A stretch of 64,000 nt of DNA from an uncultured Alphaproteobacteria bacterium (GTDB lineage Bacteria > Pseudomonadota > Alphaproteobacteria > Methylaequorales > Methylaequoraceae). Below the pieces are notes generated by a model. That model saw only the letters and a program-made list of their open reading frames with translations. It ran no database searches and was not told the origin of the DNA. The DNA is taken from contig CACEXK010000002.1 in NCBI GenBank assembly GCA_902563505.1, forward strand, positions 134,884 to 198,883. Reading direction: 5' to 3'. A program made the position numbers and the translations under genes. Shown one piece after another: positions 36,138 through 46,598 of the stretch; the stretch's first letter is position 1; each line of letters opens with the position of its first letter.

Positions 36138-36761
36138 CTAGTTTCTAAGTTCATCATTTTTTTTTTTAAGAGATTCTATCAAGTGATCAATTCCTTTATC
36201 TTTGATTATCTTACTAAATTCTGATTTTTTTGTTGCTATTTCACTAATTGAACCAGCCAGCAAAACATCAAAAATTTTCCATTCTTTTTTTTCTGTTTGA
36301 TTTAGTAAATAATTGATTTCTACTTTTTCCTGATCTTTAATTATTAATGAGGTTTGAACATAAAAATATTTTTCTCCTATTTTTTTTTTCCCATTAATTT
36401 TGAAATTTGGTTCATTAATCTTTCTGAATCTTTGATTATAATTTAAAGAAATGTATTCTTGAAAAACTTTATGAATTTGCTTTTTTTGACTTTGGGAAAA
36501 TTCATTCCATTCTTTTCCAATAATCATTCTTATCATTTTTTCTGAGTTATAGGTTTTTTCAACAAGTATTAGTGTGGATTTGAAAAAATCTTTATTTTTA
36601 TTTTTGCTGATATCAATCAACCCATTTTGTAATAGAATTATATTTTTTAGTTTTTCCTCAGAGAAGCTGACTGTATCAATGAAAAATAGAATTAAAACAA
36701 AAGAAATTAAAGTAAATTTAGATTTAAAATATGAAAAAAAACTGGATATTACACTATACAT
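36138..36761 (-). CDS. hpnM: MlaC/Ttg2D-like lipid-binding protein, hopanoid-associated (HpnM-like)
   Basis: 207 aa with a signal/anchor and a toluene-tolerance Ttg2D-like fold. It is adjacent to hpnA. Its stop abuts the fhcC stop, reading TAG|CTA. Confidence 0.6.
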   Translation of the reverse strand: MYSVISSFFSYFKSKFTLISFVLILFFIDTVSFSEEKLKNIILLQNGLIDISKNKNKDFFKSTLILVEKTYNSEKMIRMIIGKEWNEFSQSQKKQIHKVFQEYISLNYNQRFRKINEPNFKINGKKKIGEKYFYVQTSLIIKDQEKVEINYLLNQTEKKEWKIFDVLLAGSISEIATKKSEFSKIIKDKGIDHLIESLKKKNDELRN

Positions 36762-36803
36762 TGCTAATGTTTATAACTCATAACTAAATTCATATAAATA
36801 AAA

Positions 36804-37808
36804 ATGAACAAAAAGATTCTTATTACTGGTGCTAATGGTTTTTTGGGCTCTGCGATTACAAAACTTGGGATTAAAAAAGGTTTTAAAGTAAATGTATTGG
36901 TAAGAGAGAACTCTGATTTACAAAATCTAAAAAAAATTTCATCTAAAATTAAAATATATTATGGAGACATAAGACAAATTGACAGTATTCACAAAGCTAT
37001 TTTTGATAGTGATGTTATTTTTCATGTTGCAGCTGATTATAGATTATGGGCTAGAAAAACAAGCGAAATATATTCATCTAATGTTTTGGGATCTGAAAAT
37101 GTTGCGTTGAAAGCACTGGAACTAAAAAAAATTCTAATTTACACATCAAGTGTAGCAACCCTTGATGTTAAAAAAGGTGAAATATCTAATGAAATGAGTT
37201 TAGGAAATTTTGACCAAATGCTTGGTGACTATAAAAAATCTAAGTTTCTTGCTGAAAAAATAATTAAAAAATTAGTTGAAAAGAGGAAATTGAAAGCCAT
37301 TGTAGTTAGTCCTTCAACACCTATTGGCCCTGGAGATATTAAACCAACTCCAACTGGAAAGATTATTCTTGATATTTTAAAAAAAAAAATGCCAGCTTAT
37401 GTTGATACTGGCCTAAATTTTGTGCATGTTGAAGATGTTGCAGAGGGTCATTTTTTAGCTCTGAAACATGGGAAAGTAGGTGAAAACTATATTTTAGGTG
37501 GAGAAAACCTAGATTTTAAGAATTTTATTGATTTAGTTGCTGAATCGGGTGGTGTACCAAAAACTAATATAAAGTTGAACCAAAAGTATTTATACCCTTT
37601 GGCTTATCTAAATGAGTTTTTTGCAAAATATTTTTTTGACCACAATCCTTCTTTAACTCTTGATGGTTTAAAAATGTCAGAAAAAAAAATGTTTTTTTCA
37701 TCAAACAAGGCAAAAAAGAAACTTCATTATAGACCTAGAAACATAAAAAATGCTATAAAAGATGCTGTTAACTGGACAAAATCTAATTTTTTAAATAATA
37801 TCGATTAA
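36804..37808 (+). CDS. hpnA: NAD-dependent epimerase/dehydratase, hopanoid-associated sugar epimerase
   Basis: Has an ILITGANGFLGS Rossmann motif and a YxxxK motif (YKKSK). It sits in the hpn context. Confidence 0.75.
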   Translation: MNKKILITGANGFLGSAITKLGIKKGFKVNVLVRENSDLQNLKKISSKIKIYYGDIRQIDSIHKAIFDSDVIFHVAADYRLWARKTSEIYSSNVLGSENVALKALELKKILIYTSSVATLDVKKGEISNEMSLGNFDQMLGDYKKSKFLAEKIIKKLVEKRKLKAIVVSPSTPIGPGDIKPTPTGKIILDILKKKMPAYVDTGLNFVHVEDVAEGHFLALKHGKVGENYILGGENLDFKNFIDLVAESGGVPKTNIKLNQKYLYPLAYLNEFFAKYFFDHNPSLTLDGLKMSEKKMFFSSNKAKKKLHYRPRNIKNAIKDAVNWTKSNFLNNID

Positions 37809-37809
37809 A

Positions 37810-38775
37810 ATGAAAGTTTTAAAAGAAAAAAAATCGTTAAGAATTGTTTTGGCTCAACCCAGAGGTTTTTGTGCAGGGGTGGAGAGAGCAATAGAAATAG
37901 TTGAAAGAGCTCTCAAAATTTATGGTCCCCCAGTCTATGTCAGACATGAGATAGTTCACAATAAAAGAGTTGTTAATAATTTAAGTTCTAAAGGCGCAAT
38001 CTTTGTACAGGAGCTTGATCAGATACCAGAGGGTGCAGTGACCGTTTTCAGTGCCCATGGTGTTGCACAAAAAGTTGAAGATACAGCGAATATAAGAAAT
38101 CTTCCTGTATTAGATGCGACATGCCCTCTTGTTGCAAAAGTTCATAAGGAAGGACAGAGGTATTCAGAAGGTGGTTTTGAGGTTATCTTAATTGGTCACG
38201 AGGGTCATCCAGAAGTTGAAGGAACAATGGGTAGGATATCTGGTCCAGTTTACCTTGTCTCAAACACCGATGATGTAAAAAAATTAAAAGTAAAGAACCC
38301 AGATAAATTATCATATGTAAGTCAAACTACATTATCTGTTGATGATACAAAGGATGTCATTAATGCTCTTCAGGACAGATTTCCAAATATTATTGGGCCA
38401 GATGTTAAAGATATATGTTATGCTACACAGAATCGACAATCAGCAGTAAGAGATCTGGTAAAAGAAGTTGATTTGGTTTTGGTTGTTGGAGCAAGAAATA
38501 GCTCTAACTCTAACAGATTAAAAGATATTGGCGCAGAATCGGGAGTAAAAACACATTTGATTGAAACAGCAGATGATATGTCTCTGGATTGGTTTGAAAG
38601 TGTAGAGTCAGTAGGGATTACATCTGGTGCTTCCACCCCAGATGAACTTGTTAAGGAAGTTATTGATAAAATCTCAACTTTTACTTCTATAGAAATAGAA
38701 AAACAACTTGGAAAAGAAGAAAATGTGGTTTTTAAACTCCCAAAAGAGTTGTTGAATTTTGATATAGCAAATTAG
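37810..38775 (+). CDS. ispH: 4-hydroxy-3-methylbut-2-enyl diphosphate reductase
   Basis: Matches LytB/IspH motifs (PRGFCAGVERAI, IVHN, SAHGV, DATCPLV, GHEGHPEV, TTLS, ICYATQNRQ, SSNSNRL). Confidence 0.95.
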   Translation: MKVLKEKKSLRIVLAQPRGFCAGVERAIEIVERALKIYGPPVYVRHEIVHNKRVVNNLSSKGAIFVQELDQIPEGAVTVFSAHGVAQKVEDTANIRNLPVLDATCPLVAKVHKEGQRYSEGGFEVILIGHEGHPEVEGTMGRISGPVYLVSNTDDVKKLKVKNPDKLSYVSQTTLSVDDTKDVINALQDRFPNIIGPDVKDICYATQNRQSAVRDLVKEVDLVLVVGARNSSNSNRLKDIGAESGVKTHLIETADDMSLDWFESVESVGITSGASTPDELVKEVIDKISTFTSIEIEKQLGKEENVVFKLPKELLNFDIAN

Positions 38776-38803
38776 GTAAAATTTATAGGATGTTAAAATA
38801 ATT

Positions 38804-39934
38804 ATGGGTATACCTTTAATCCAGCAAGCAAGAGTCGGAGCTTACATAATAAAGCAAAAGATACTGGGTAGGGAAAAGTATCCTCTTGTTTTAATGTTAG
38901 AACCTTTGTTTAGGTGCAATTTAGCTTGCGCGGGTTGTGGAAAAATTGACTATCCTAAAGAAATTTTGGATCAAAGATTATCTGTAGAACAGTGTGTTGA
39001 AGCTGTTGAGGAATGTGGTGCTCCAATTGTTTCTATACCAGGAGGTGAACCACTGATTCATAAGGAAATGCCCATTATCGTTGATGAGCTAATAAAAAGA
39101 AAAAAATTCGTATATCTTTGTACTAATGCATTGCTCATGGAAAAGAAGATGACTGATTATAAACCCAGTTCTTACTTTACCTGGTCGGTTCACTTGGATG
39201 GAATGAGAGAAGAGCACGACAAATCTGTATGCCAGGATGGAGTTTTTGATAGATGTGTTTCAGCAATAACAAAAGCTAAATCTCTGGGATTCAGGTGTAA
39301 CATAAACTGCACAATATTTGATAATGTCAAAGAACAATCGCTAACAGAATTTCTTGATTATGCAACAAATAACCTTAAAGTTGACGGTATTACAATTTCT
39401 CCTGGTTTTGCATATGAAAGAGCACCTGATCAAGAGCATTTCATTAAACGATCTAATACTAAAAAGTTTTTTAGGAATGTTTTCAAATCAAAAAGTTTCA
39501 AAAAATGGGATTTTAGTCACTCAGGATTATATCTTGATTTTCTTGCTGGCAATCAATCTTACAAATGTACGCCATGGGGGAATCCTACAAGAAATATTTT
39601 TGGATGGCAAAAACCTTGTTATTTGATTGGCGAAGGTTATGTGAATACATTTAAAGAACTGATGGAAACAACTGACTGGGATAAATATGGAACAGGTAAT
39701 TATGATAAATGCTCTGATTGTATGGCGCATTGTGGCTATGAAGCTTCTGCAGTTACTGATGTTTTTTCAAGTCCAATCAAAGCAATTAATGTTGCTTTAA
39801 AAGGCCCTAAAACAGATGGCCCTATGGCAACTGAAATCGATCTTTCTAATTCCAGGGGCCCTGAGTTCGTATTCGATTCTCATGTCCAAAAAATGTTAAA
39901 TGAGATTCATAAAGAAAAAGAGAGCATTGGATAA
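38804..39934 (+). CDS. hpnH: adenosyl-hopene transferase (radical SAM)
   Basis: Has the CNLACAGC radical SAM motif and a C-terminal Cys-rich domain (CSDCMAHCGYE). It sits in the hpn context. Confidence 0.88.
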   Translation: MGIPLIQQARVGAYIIKQKILGREKYPLVLMLEPLFRCNLACAGCGKIDYPKEILDQRLSVEQCVEAVEECGAPIVSIPGGEPLIHKEMPIIVDELIKRKKFVYLCTNALLMEKKMTDYKPSSYFTWSVHLDGMREEHDKSVCQDGVFDRCVSAITKAKSLGFRCNINCTIFDNVKEQSLTEFLDYATNNLKVDGITISPGFAYERAPDQEHFIKRSNTKKFFRNVFKSKSFKKWDFSHSGLYLDFLAGNQSYKCTPWGNPTRNIFGWQKPCYLIGEGYVNTFKELMETTDWDKYGTGNYDKCSDCMAHCGYEASAVTDVFSSPIKAINVALKGPKTDGPMATEIDLSNSRGPEFVFDSHVQKMLNEIHKEKESIG

Positions 39935-39936
39935 AA

Positions 39937-40611
39937 TTAATTTAATTTTTGACCAATGTCCTCTAACACTTTTTTTGATCTTAAATAATACTTCATCAAT
40001 TTAATTAACTTCAGAGCTCTTTTTGGTTTTAATACTAGTTCAACCAATAATTTCTTTATAATAATTTCTCCATTTTGATCAATCATGCGATGTATAAATA
40101 GGGGTATAGAAAAATCAAGATCATCAAATATCACTCTTATCGCACAAAATTCAACTTTGTTTTTTTGAGCTAGATCATTAATGAAATATGATTCCATATC
40201 AACAGCCGAGATATTCTTACCTTTGATTGAAGGTTTAGTTTTTAATTCACCAAGATTTTCAATATTTGAGCTAGTTAGTAAATTTTTATCGAAAAATGTG
40301 AAATCATTTAAAATTCTTTTGAAGTAAATATTAAGCTTTTTTGAAGTCTTTAATCCTTTTTTATTTTTATGAAATATAATCTTAGGAATCAAGATATCAG
40401 AATTTTTTATACTCTTATCAATCGACCCGGCAAGACCAAAGCTTAAAATAACATCAACATTTCTTTTTAATAATCTTTTTGTTGCTTCTATGGCCTTAAT
40501 CCCATAGCCAGGCTCAATTATTAGATTTTTATTTTTAGTAATTAATTTTTTTTCTCTAACCAATCCTACAACGATTCCAATCAAAGGCTTTTGAATATTT
40601 CTATACACCAT
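39937..40611 (-). CDS. hpnG: hopanoid-associated phosphorylase/nucleosidase
   Basis: 224-aa member of the PNP/UDP-phosphorylase family (FGLAGS, AVDMES). It overlaps the shc stop by 11 nt. Confidence 0.75.
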   Translation of the reverse strand: MVYRNIQKPLIGIVVGLVREKKLITKNKNLIIEPGYGIKAIEATKRLLKRNVDVILSFGLAGSIDKSIKNSDILIPKIIFHKNKKGLKTSKKLNIYFKRILNDFTFFDKNLLTSSNIENLGELKTKPSIKGKNISAVDMESYFINDLAQKNKVEFCAIRVIFDDLDFSIPLFIHRMIDQNGEIIIKKLLVELVLKPKRALKLIKLMKYYLRSKKVLEDIGQKLN

Positions 40612-42514
40612 ATGATGGATTTGATGAATTTTTATTTAATAGATTTTTTATTTTTGAAATTGCAAGCAATGGGAAATATTTTGAGTAACCATGATATTTT
40701 AAATAAAAAACTTTTGGAAACCCAACAGCGGTATAGTATTTTTCTTCCCATTCGAGGTTATTTTGTAATAAATATTGGGTGCCTTTTTCAACCTCCCTAG
40801 AGTCCAATTCTCCCCCAGATATTAAACCCATTATTGCCCATGCAGTTTGCGAGGGGGTGCTTTCCTTAACATAATTTTCATGGCCTTTGAAATATGATTT
40901 TCCATCCTCTCCCCATCCACCGTCATTTCTTTGCATTGACTTGATATACTCAGTTGATTTTTTTAATACCTCTTTTTTTTCAGGAAACTCTATCAGATTT
41001 AAAGCACATAAAACTGACCAGGTTCCATATATATAATTTGTTCCCCACCTGCCAAACCAACTTCCGTCTTTTTCTTGTTCAGAAATGAGATAATTTAGAC
41101 CTTTTTTTATAGAGTCATTATTTCTTGAGTCATTCTGTTGTTTGAGAAAACTAATGCATCTGGCTGATACATCAGCAGTTGGCGGGTCCAGGAGTGCTCC
41201 ATGGTCGGCAAATGGTATTGAATTTAAATAACTGTGGTCATTATTTACATCAAATGCACCCCACCCCCCATTTTTTGATTGCATAGAAATTATCCATTTT
41301 CGTGTTCGTTCTAAACAGTCTTCAACTTTTTTGTTTTGTTTAGTTCTATTATATCTATCAAGGAACATTCCTACTAAAGCCGTATCGTCAACATCCGGAT
41401 AGAAATCATTATTAAACTGAAACGCCCAACCACCTGGGCTAATTTTCTTTTTTCCAACGCACCAATCTCCTTTTAATTTTATTTCTTTTCTTAAAAACCA
41501 ATCAACTAAATCATCAACATTTTTATTACTCTCCATTAACACATGACCCATCCATCCAGTATCCCATACGGGCGAGACGCAAGGTTGACAGTAGGCTGAA
41601 TCCCTTTTTTCAACCACTAAATTATTTATTGCTTTTTTTGCAATTAAAATATCTCGATCAAATCTTGACTTTTTATCTATTTTCATTGCAATAAGTGAGT
41701 TAACCATTGCTGGGAAAATACCCCCCAGGCCGTCCTCACCATTTAGTCTTTCTATTATCCATTTATATGATTTTTCTACACAGATTTGTTTATAGTTTTT
41801 GGAGAAAATTATTGGAAAAAGCTTTCTGGAAATTTTATCTATCAACAAAAAGATATATGATATTATTTTCTTGTCTTCAATTTCTTTAACATTGTTAGGT
41901 CTTCTATCTTGATCAAGAAACAACTCATCGATAGATACTCCATTCGGATTATTAGCTATTGGTTTCTTGTGCATAATGATTAAAAGTGGAATTAAGACAG
42001 TCCTTGACCAGTAAGAAATTTTATAAATATTAAAGGGAAACCACTTTGGGAATTTAATGATTTCTATTGGCATGTAAGGAATTGCCTTCCAAGAAATTTG
42101 ATTAAACAAGGCAAGGGAAACTTTTGTAAAAACATTAACACTTTCAGCCCCACCATTTTTCTGGATAAATTCTTTTGCTTTTTTCATTCTAGTAGCCGAA
42201 GGACTTATACCTGATAATTTTAGTGCATAATATGCTTTTACGGATGCACTGATATTTGATTCACCATCATAAAATAATGGCCAGCCACCATCATTAGACT
42301 GAGATTCCAGTAGATATTTTGAAATTTTTTTCTCTAATTTTAGGTCTATTTCACCTAAGAAGTGCATAAGCATTATATATTCTGCGGGTATAGTACAATC
42401 AGCTTCTAACTCGTAAACAAAACACCCCTCAGTTAATTTAAATTTGTTTTGATCACTAAGTTTTTTTTTAAGTTTTGAATCAAAAGGCTTGATAATTTGA
42501 TTTAACTTATGCAT
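40601..42514 (-). CDS. shc: squalene-hopene cyclase
   Basis: 637 aa with multiple QW repeats (Q..DGGW) and the catalytic DVDDTA motif (YPDVDDTALV). Confidence 0.95.
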   Translation of the reverse strand: MHKLNQIIKPFDSKLKKKLSDQNKFKLTEGCFVYELEADCTIPAEYIMLMHFLGEIDLKLEKKISKYLLESQSNDGGWPLFYDGESNISASVKAYYALKLSGISPSATRMKKAKEFIQKNGGAESVNVFTKVSLALFNQISWKAIPYMPIEIIKFPKWFPFNIYKISYWSRTVLIPLLIIMHKKPIANNPNGVSIDELFLDQDRRPNNVKEIEDKKIISYIFLLIDKISRKLFPIIFSKNYKQICVEKSYKWIIERLNGEDGLGGIFPAMVNSLIAMKIDKKSRFDRDILIAKKAINNLVVEKRDSAYCQPCVSPVWDTGWMGHVLMESNKNVDDLVDWFLRKEIKLKGDWCVGKKKISPGGWAFQFNNDFYPDVDDTALVGMFLDRYNRTKQNKKVEDCLERTRKWIISMQSKNGGWGAFDVNNDHSYLNSIPFADHGALLDPPTADVSARCISFLKQQNDSRNNDSIKKGLNYLISEQEKDGSWFGRWGTNYIYGTWSVLCALNLIEFPEKKEVLKKSTEYIKSMQRNDGGWGEDGKSYFKGHENYVKESTPSQTAWAIMGLISGGELDSREVEKGTQYLLQNNLEWEEKYYTAVGFPKVFYLKYHGYSKYFPLLAISKIKNLLNKNSSNPSYGV

Positions 42515-42525
42515 TTCTTATCAAC

Positions 42526-43773
42526 TCAATTATTTAAATATTCAATAGCTTTTTTACCTGAAAGGATAGAGGCCTCAATTGTACATGGTAAATTATATTG
42601 AGTCCAGTCTCCAGCAAGTAAAATATTATTTGGAATTTTCTTTAAATTCTTAATCAATTTAAGATTTTTAGTAGATTGATGATAAGTAGCTTTCTTTTCT
42701 CTTACAACTTGAAATTTCAAAAATTCAATCTTTTCTCCAAGATACAAACAAATTTCCTCCCATACATTTTTTGCAATCTTATCAGAATCAATCGAGTTCA
42801 TTGAATTAGCATTACTGACTGTTACGGAAATATGATTGTGTTTAATAAAAACCCAATCAGAAATTGAATTAATTAGTCCAAAAATTGGTTGTTTGAATTT
42901 ACTAAGAATATTTTTTTTAATTTTAAAGTGAATATTTAAAATTGTATTGTAATCTTTAGGTAATACAATCTCGGGCAATAGTTTATTGAGATTTGTGGGA
43001 GGTATACATAAAATTACTTTTTCATTATCACCTATATTAATTTTCTTATGATTAAAAATTAAATTAGTTACCATGTCATTTTTTATTTCTATCTCTTTTA
43101 ACAAACTATTAAATTGAATCTGATTACCTTTTTTTTTTATGAACTCTGATGATGGTTTGATTAGAGTTTGTTCCCAATTTAATGAAGGTTGCAAAATATT
43201 GCAAAATTTTTTTCCTTTAAAAAAAGTTTTTTTCAAAACATTAGATAATACTTTAGCCGAAGCTTCTTTGGGGGATGTGTTCATAACGCCAATTGTTAAG
43301 GGTTCCCAAAATGTATTATAAATTCCTGATTTTCCAACTAATTCATAAACACTTTTGTTGTTATTTGTTATTAGGAATTTTAAAAAAGAAAAATAGTCAA
43401 AGATCTTTGAACCTGGGATAAGAGCTTTCTTTTGAGAAAAAAGAATCTTGAAAAGACTGTTTTCAAGGCTCAGATCCCATTTTTTTTTTTCTTTAAGATC
43501 AAAAAAACCAAAACATGGAGGAAAGACTTTAAGAGTTCTTTTTGAGTCAATATCTTTACAAAAATCAAGAAAATTTTCATTAGCTGAAAAAACAAGATGA
43601 TTACCATTGTCAATTTCTATACCCATTTTTTTATCATAAAAAGATCTACACCTTCCACCAGCGAATTTAGATGACTCAAAAAATTCAAAATTGAAATTAT
43701 TTTTAATTGCGTAGACAGCTGAGGATAGGCCAGAAACTCCAGCTCCTATTATGTATATTTTTTTAATGATAAT
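42526..43773 (-). CDS. hpnE: hydroxysqualene dehydroxylase (FAD-dependent amine-oxidase family)
   Basis: The frame is open up to 43779 and encodes the FAD dinucleotide fold KKIYIIGAGVSGLSSA...GGRCRS upstream of the first ATG (43626). No ATG, GTG or TTG precedes the motif. A provisional ATT/ATC start lies behind a GAGGTGA SD. Confidence 0.8.
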   Translation of the reverse strand: MIIKKIYIIGAGVSGLSSAVYAIKNNFNFEFFESSKFAGGRCRSFYDKKMGIEIDNGNHLVFSANENFLDFCKDIDSKRTLKVFPPCFGFFDLKEKKKWDLSLENSLFKILFSQKKALIPGSKIFDYFSFLKFLITNNNKSVYELVGKSGIYNTFWEPLTIGVMNTSPKEASAKVLSNVLKKTFFKGKKFCNILQPSLNWEQTLIKPSSEFIKKKGNQIQFNSLLKEIEIKNDMVTNLIFNHKKINIGDNEKVILCIPPTNLNKLLPEIVLPKDYNTILNIHFKIKKNILSKFKQPIFGLINSISDWVFIKHNHISVTVSNANSMNSIDSDKIAKNVWEEICLYLGEKIEFLKFQVVREKKATYHQSTKNLKLIKNLKKIPNNILLAGDWTQYNLPCTIEASILSGKKAIEYLNN

Positions 43774-43880
43774 TTCACCTCAGTGTAAATCTTACAAATA
43801 TAAAGAATTTATCAATGAGATTTAAACCAATTTTTTTGTTAAAATCTATTTTTTTTTTAAACATTTTTTTGTGAAGAGTT

Positions 43881-44612
43881 CTATAAAAAAAGTTTCATAA
43901 CCTCGGATGCGATGATATTTTTTTTACTAAAATTCTCTGATAATTTGTCTGATTCAAGAAAATGAACATTGGCCTCAAATAATAAATCTTGGAGAATATT
44001 TTGAATATTTGGATTGTTTTTTAATAATTTGAAATTTTTCTTTACTTTATATTTTTTAATTAATTCCAAAGGTATGTAACATCTACCAATTTCTAAATCT
44101 TCTGAAAAATCTCTGACAATATTTGTAATTTGAAAAGCCATACCAAGTGAAAAAGCGTATTTTTCTCCTAAACTAGATTTAATACCAAATATTCTTATTG
44201 ATAGTAAGCCCACGGAAACGGCAACTCTTTGACAATACAATTCAAGATCTTTTTTATAAGGAAATTGAATCTTTTTTTTTACATCCATTCTCATTCCTTG
44301 AATCACAGACATGAAATCTTTCTTTTTTAACTTGAATTGATTAATTGAAAAGGATAATTCCCTCAATAAACTGGATTTTTGAACACTATTATTAAATAGT
44401 AAGTGAATTTTTTTTTCCCATTCCTTAAGTTTTTTTTCTTTGGAATCTCTTGTCCCTTCATTATCAGCAATATCGTCAACCTCTCTGCAAAAAGCATAAA
44501 TTGCAAACATGCCTCTTTTTTTGGAATTTTCAAGGACCTTCATTCCCCAGTAAAAAGATGAACCAGATTTTTTTACTATTCTTTCTACGAAAAGTTGATC
44601 ATTAGGTGACAT
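43881..44612 (-). CDS. hpnD: presqualene diphosphate synthase (squalene/phytoene synthase family); 3' end apparently frameshifted
   Basis: The N-terminus SFYWGMKVL...AIYAFCREVDDIADN matches the family. The ORF stops after 243 aa inside a T7 run, but the adjacent frame continues for 36 more codons to a TGA at 43780-43782. Confidence 0.8.
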   Translation of the reverse strand: MSPNDQLFVERIVKKSGSSFYWGMKVLENSKKRGMFAIYAFCREVDDIADNEGTRDSKEKKLKEWEKKIHLLFNNSVQKSSLLRELSFSINQFKLKKKDFMSVIQGMRMDVKKKIQFPYKKDLELYCQRVAVSVGLLSIRIFGIKSSLGEKYAFSLGMAFQITNIVRDFSEDLEIGRCYIPLELIKKYKVKKNFKLLKNNPNIQNILQDLLFEANVHFLESDKLSENFSKKNIIASEVMKLFL

Positions 44613-44638
44613 TAGTTAAATAAAAAAGTCTATTACTT

Positions 44639-46561
44639 TTAGGCTCTTTCTAGTGAAAACTTTGCAGGAGCAGCTATTCCAAGGGCTCCAAGAACAATTC
44701 TTACTATACTTTCTGAATCTACACCACACTCTAAATTTTGTTGATCTGGTTTTCCATGATTAATGAAAACATCAGGAAAAAAGATTGGTCTAAATTTAAG
44801 TCCTTTATCCAAAGCACCGGATTTTGTCAGGAAAGACATTACTTGAGCAGAAAACCCACCTATTGAACCCTCTTCAACGCTTACCAAGACTTCATGGTCC
44901 CTTGCAAGTTGAGTTATCAATAATTGATCAATTGGTTTTGCAAATCTTGCATCTACTACAGTAGTTGATAAACCATATGAAGCAAGTATCTCTGATGCTA
45001 TCATAGAATCTTTTAATCTTGTTCCCAAAGAAACGATACATACTTTACTTCCTTTTCTAATAATTTTACCCTTGCCAATCTCCCAAGGTTCAGGTTTTTC
45101 ATTGATTTTGACACCTACACCTTCTCCCCTGGGGTATCTAAATGCACATGGTTTGTCGTTAATTAATGTTGAAGTAGCAATACAATTACATAATTCGTTT
45201 TCATCACTTGGCGCCATTACTATAAAATTTGGAAGTGTACAAAGATATGTGAGATCAAAGGAACCTGCATGCGTGGCACCATCTGCTCCAACTTGTCCAG
45301 CTCTGTCGATTGCAAATCTGACAGGTAAAGACTGTATTGCTACATCGTGAACTACTTGATCATAAGCTCGTTGAAGAAATGTTGAATATATAGTTGCATA
45401 TGGTTTCATTCCTCTTGTGGCCATTCCCGCAGCGAATGTAACAGCATGTTGCTCTGCAATTCCAACATCGAATGTTCTACTTGGAAATTCTTTCCCAAAC
45501 AAATCTAATCCTGTTCCTGATGGCATAGCTGCTGTAATAGCAACTATACTTTTATCTTTTTTTGCTTCTTTGATTAGAGCATTTGCAAAAACTTTTGTGT
45601 AAGCAGGGACTTTTGATGAAGATTTTACTTGCTCTCCTGTTATAACATCAAATTTTCCGACTCCATGATATTTATCCTCAGATTTTTCTGCAGGTTCGTA
45701 ACCGTAACCTTTTTTTGTTACCACATGAACAAAAACTGGACCGTCCCATTTTGATTCTTGGAGATTTCTTAAAACTGGTAATAAATGATCTAAGTTATGA
45801 CCATCTATCGGGCCTACATAGAAGAAACCAAGTTCTTCAAATAAAGTGCCCCCTGTTACCATACCCCTCATATATTCTTCAGCTTTGGCAGCCATATTTT
45901 GAAAACTCTTAGGAAATTTCTTAGCCATGTGTTTAGCAAGACTTCTTGCAGATTGGAATGTTTTGCCAGACAATAATCTTGACAGATATGCACTCATTGC
46001 TCCTACGGGCGGTGCAATTGACATATCATTGTCGTTCAAAATAACAATTAACTTAGCATTCATTGACCCTGCATTATTCATAGCTTCATAGGCCATTCCA
46101 GCACTTATAGCTCCATCACCAATAACACAGATGACCTGGTGATCTTCTTTTTTTAAGTCCCGGGCAACAGCCATGCCTAAGCCAGCAGATATTGATGTTG
46201 ATGAATGAGCTGCACCAAATGGATCGTAATCACTCTCAGATCTTTTTGTAAAACCATACAAACCACCTGGTTGTCTAATAGTTCTAATTTTTTCTCTTCG
46301 GCCAGTTATTACTTTGTGGGGGTAACACTGGTGTCCCACATCCCATATTAGTTTATCTTTTGGAGTATTAAATACACTATGAATTGCAACTGTGAGTTCA
46401 ACAACTCCTAAGCCTGCACCTAGGTGACCACCCGTGACTGAGACAGCATCAATCACTTCATCTCTCAGTTCTTTACTAACTTGTTTTAATTCAGAATCTT
46501 TGAACTTTTTTAAATCTTTCGGAAACTTAACTTTGTCTAATAAATTTTTTTTATAACTCAT
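44639..46561 (-). CDS. dxs: 1-deoxy-D-xylulose-5-phosphate synthase
   Basis: 640 aa with Dxs motifs ([49 protein letters not shown]). Confidence 0.96.
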   Translation of the reverse strand: MSYKKNLLDKVKFPKDLKKFKDSELKQVSKELRDEVIDAVSVTGGHLGAGLGVVELTVAIHSVFNTPKDKLIWDVGHQCYPHKVITGRREKIRTIRQPGGLYGFTKRSESDYDPFGAAHSSTSISAGLGMAVARDLKKEDHQVICVIGDGAISAGMAYEAMNNAGSMNAKLIVILNDNDMSIAPPVGAMSAYLSRLLSGKTFQSARSLAKHMAKKFPKSFQNMAAKAEEYMRGMVTGGTLFEELGFFYVGPIDGHNLDHLLPVLRNLQESKWDGPVFVHVVTKKGYGYEPAEKSEDKYHGVGKFDVITGEQVKSSSKVPAYTKVFANALIKEAKKDKSIVAITAAMPSGTGLDLFGKEFPSRTFDVGIAEQHAVTFAAGMATRGMKPYATIYSTFLQRAYDQVVHDVAIQSLPVRFAIDRAGQVGADGATHAGSFDLTYLCTLPNFIVMAPSDENELCNCIATSTLINDKPCAFRYPRGEGVGVKINEKPEPWEIGKGKIIRKGSKVCIVSLGTRLKDSMIASEILASYGLSTTVVDARFAKPIDQLLITQLARDHEVLVSVEEGSIGGFSAQVMSFLTKSGALDKGLKFRPIFFPDVFINHGKPDQQNLECGVDSESIVRIVLGALGIAAPAKFSLERA

Positions 46562-46598
46562 GACACTAATTTATAGCTCTACTTAATTCTTATCTTAT

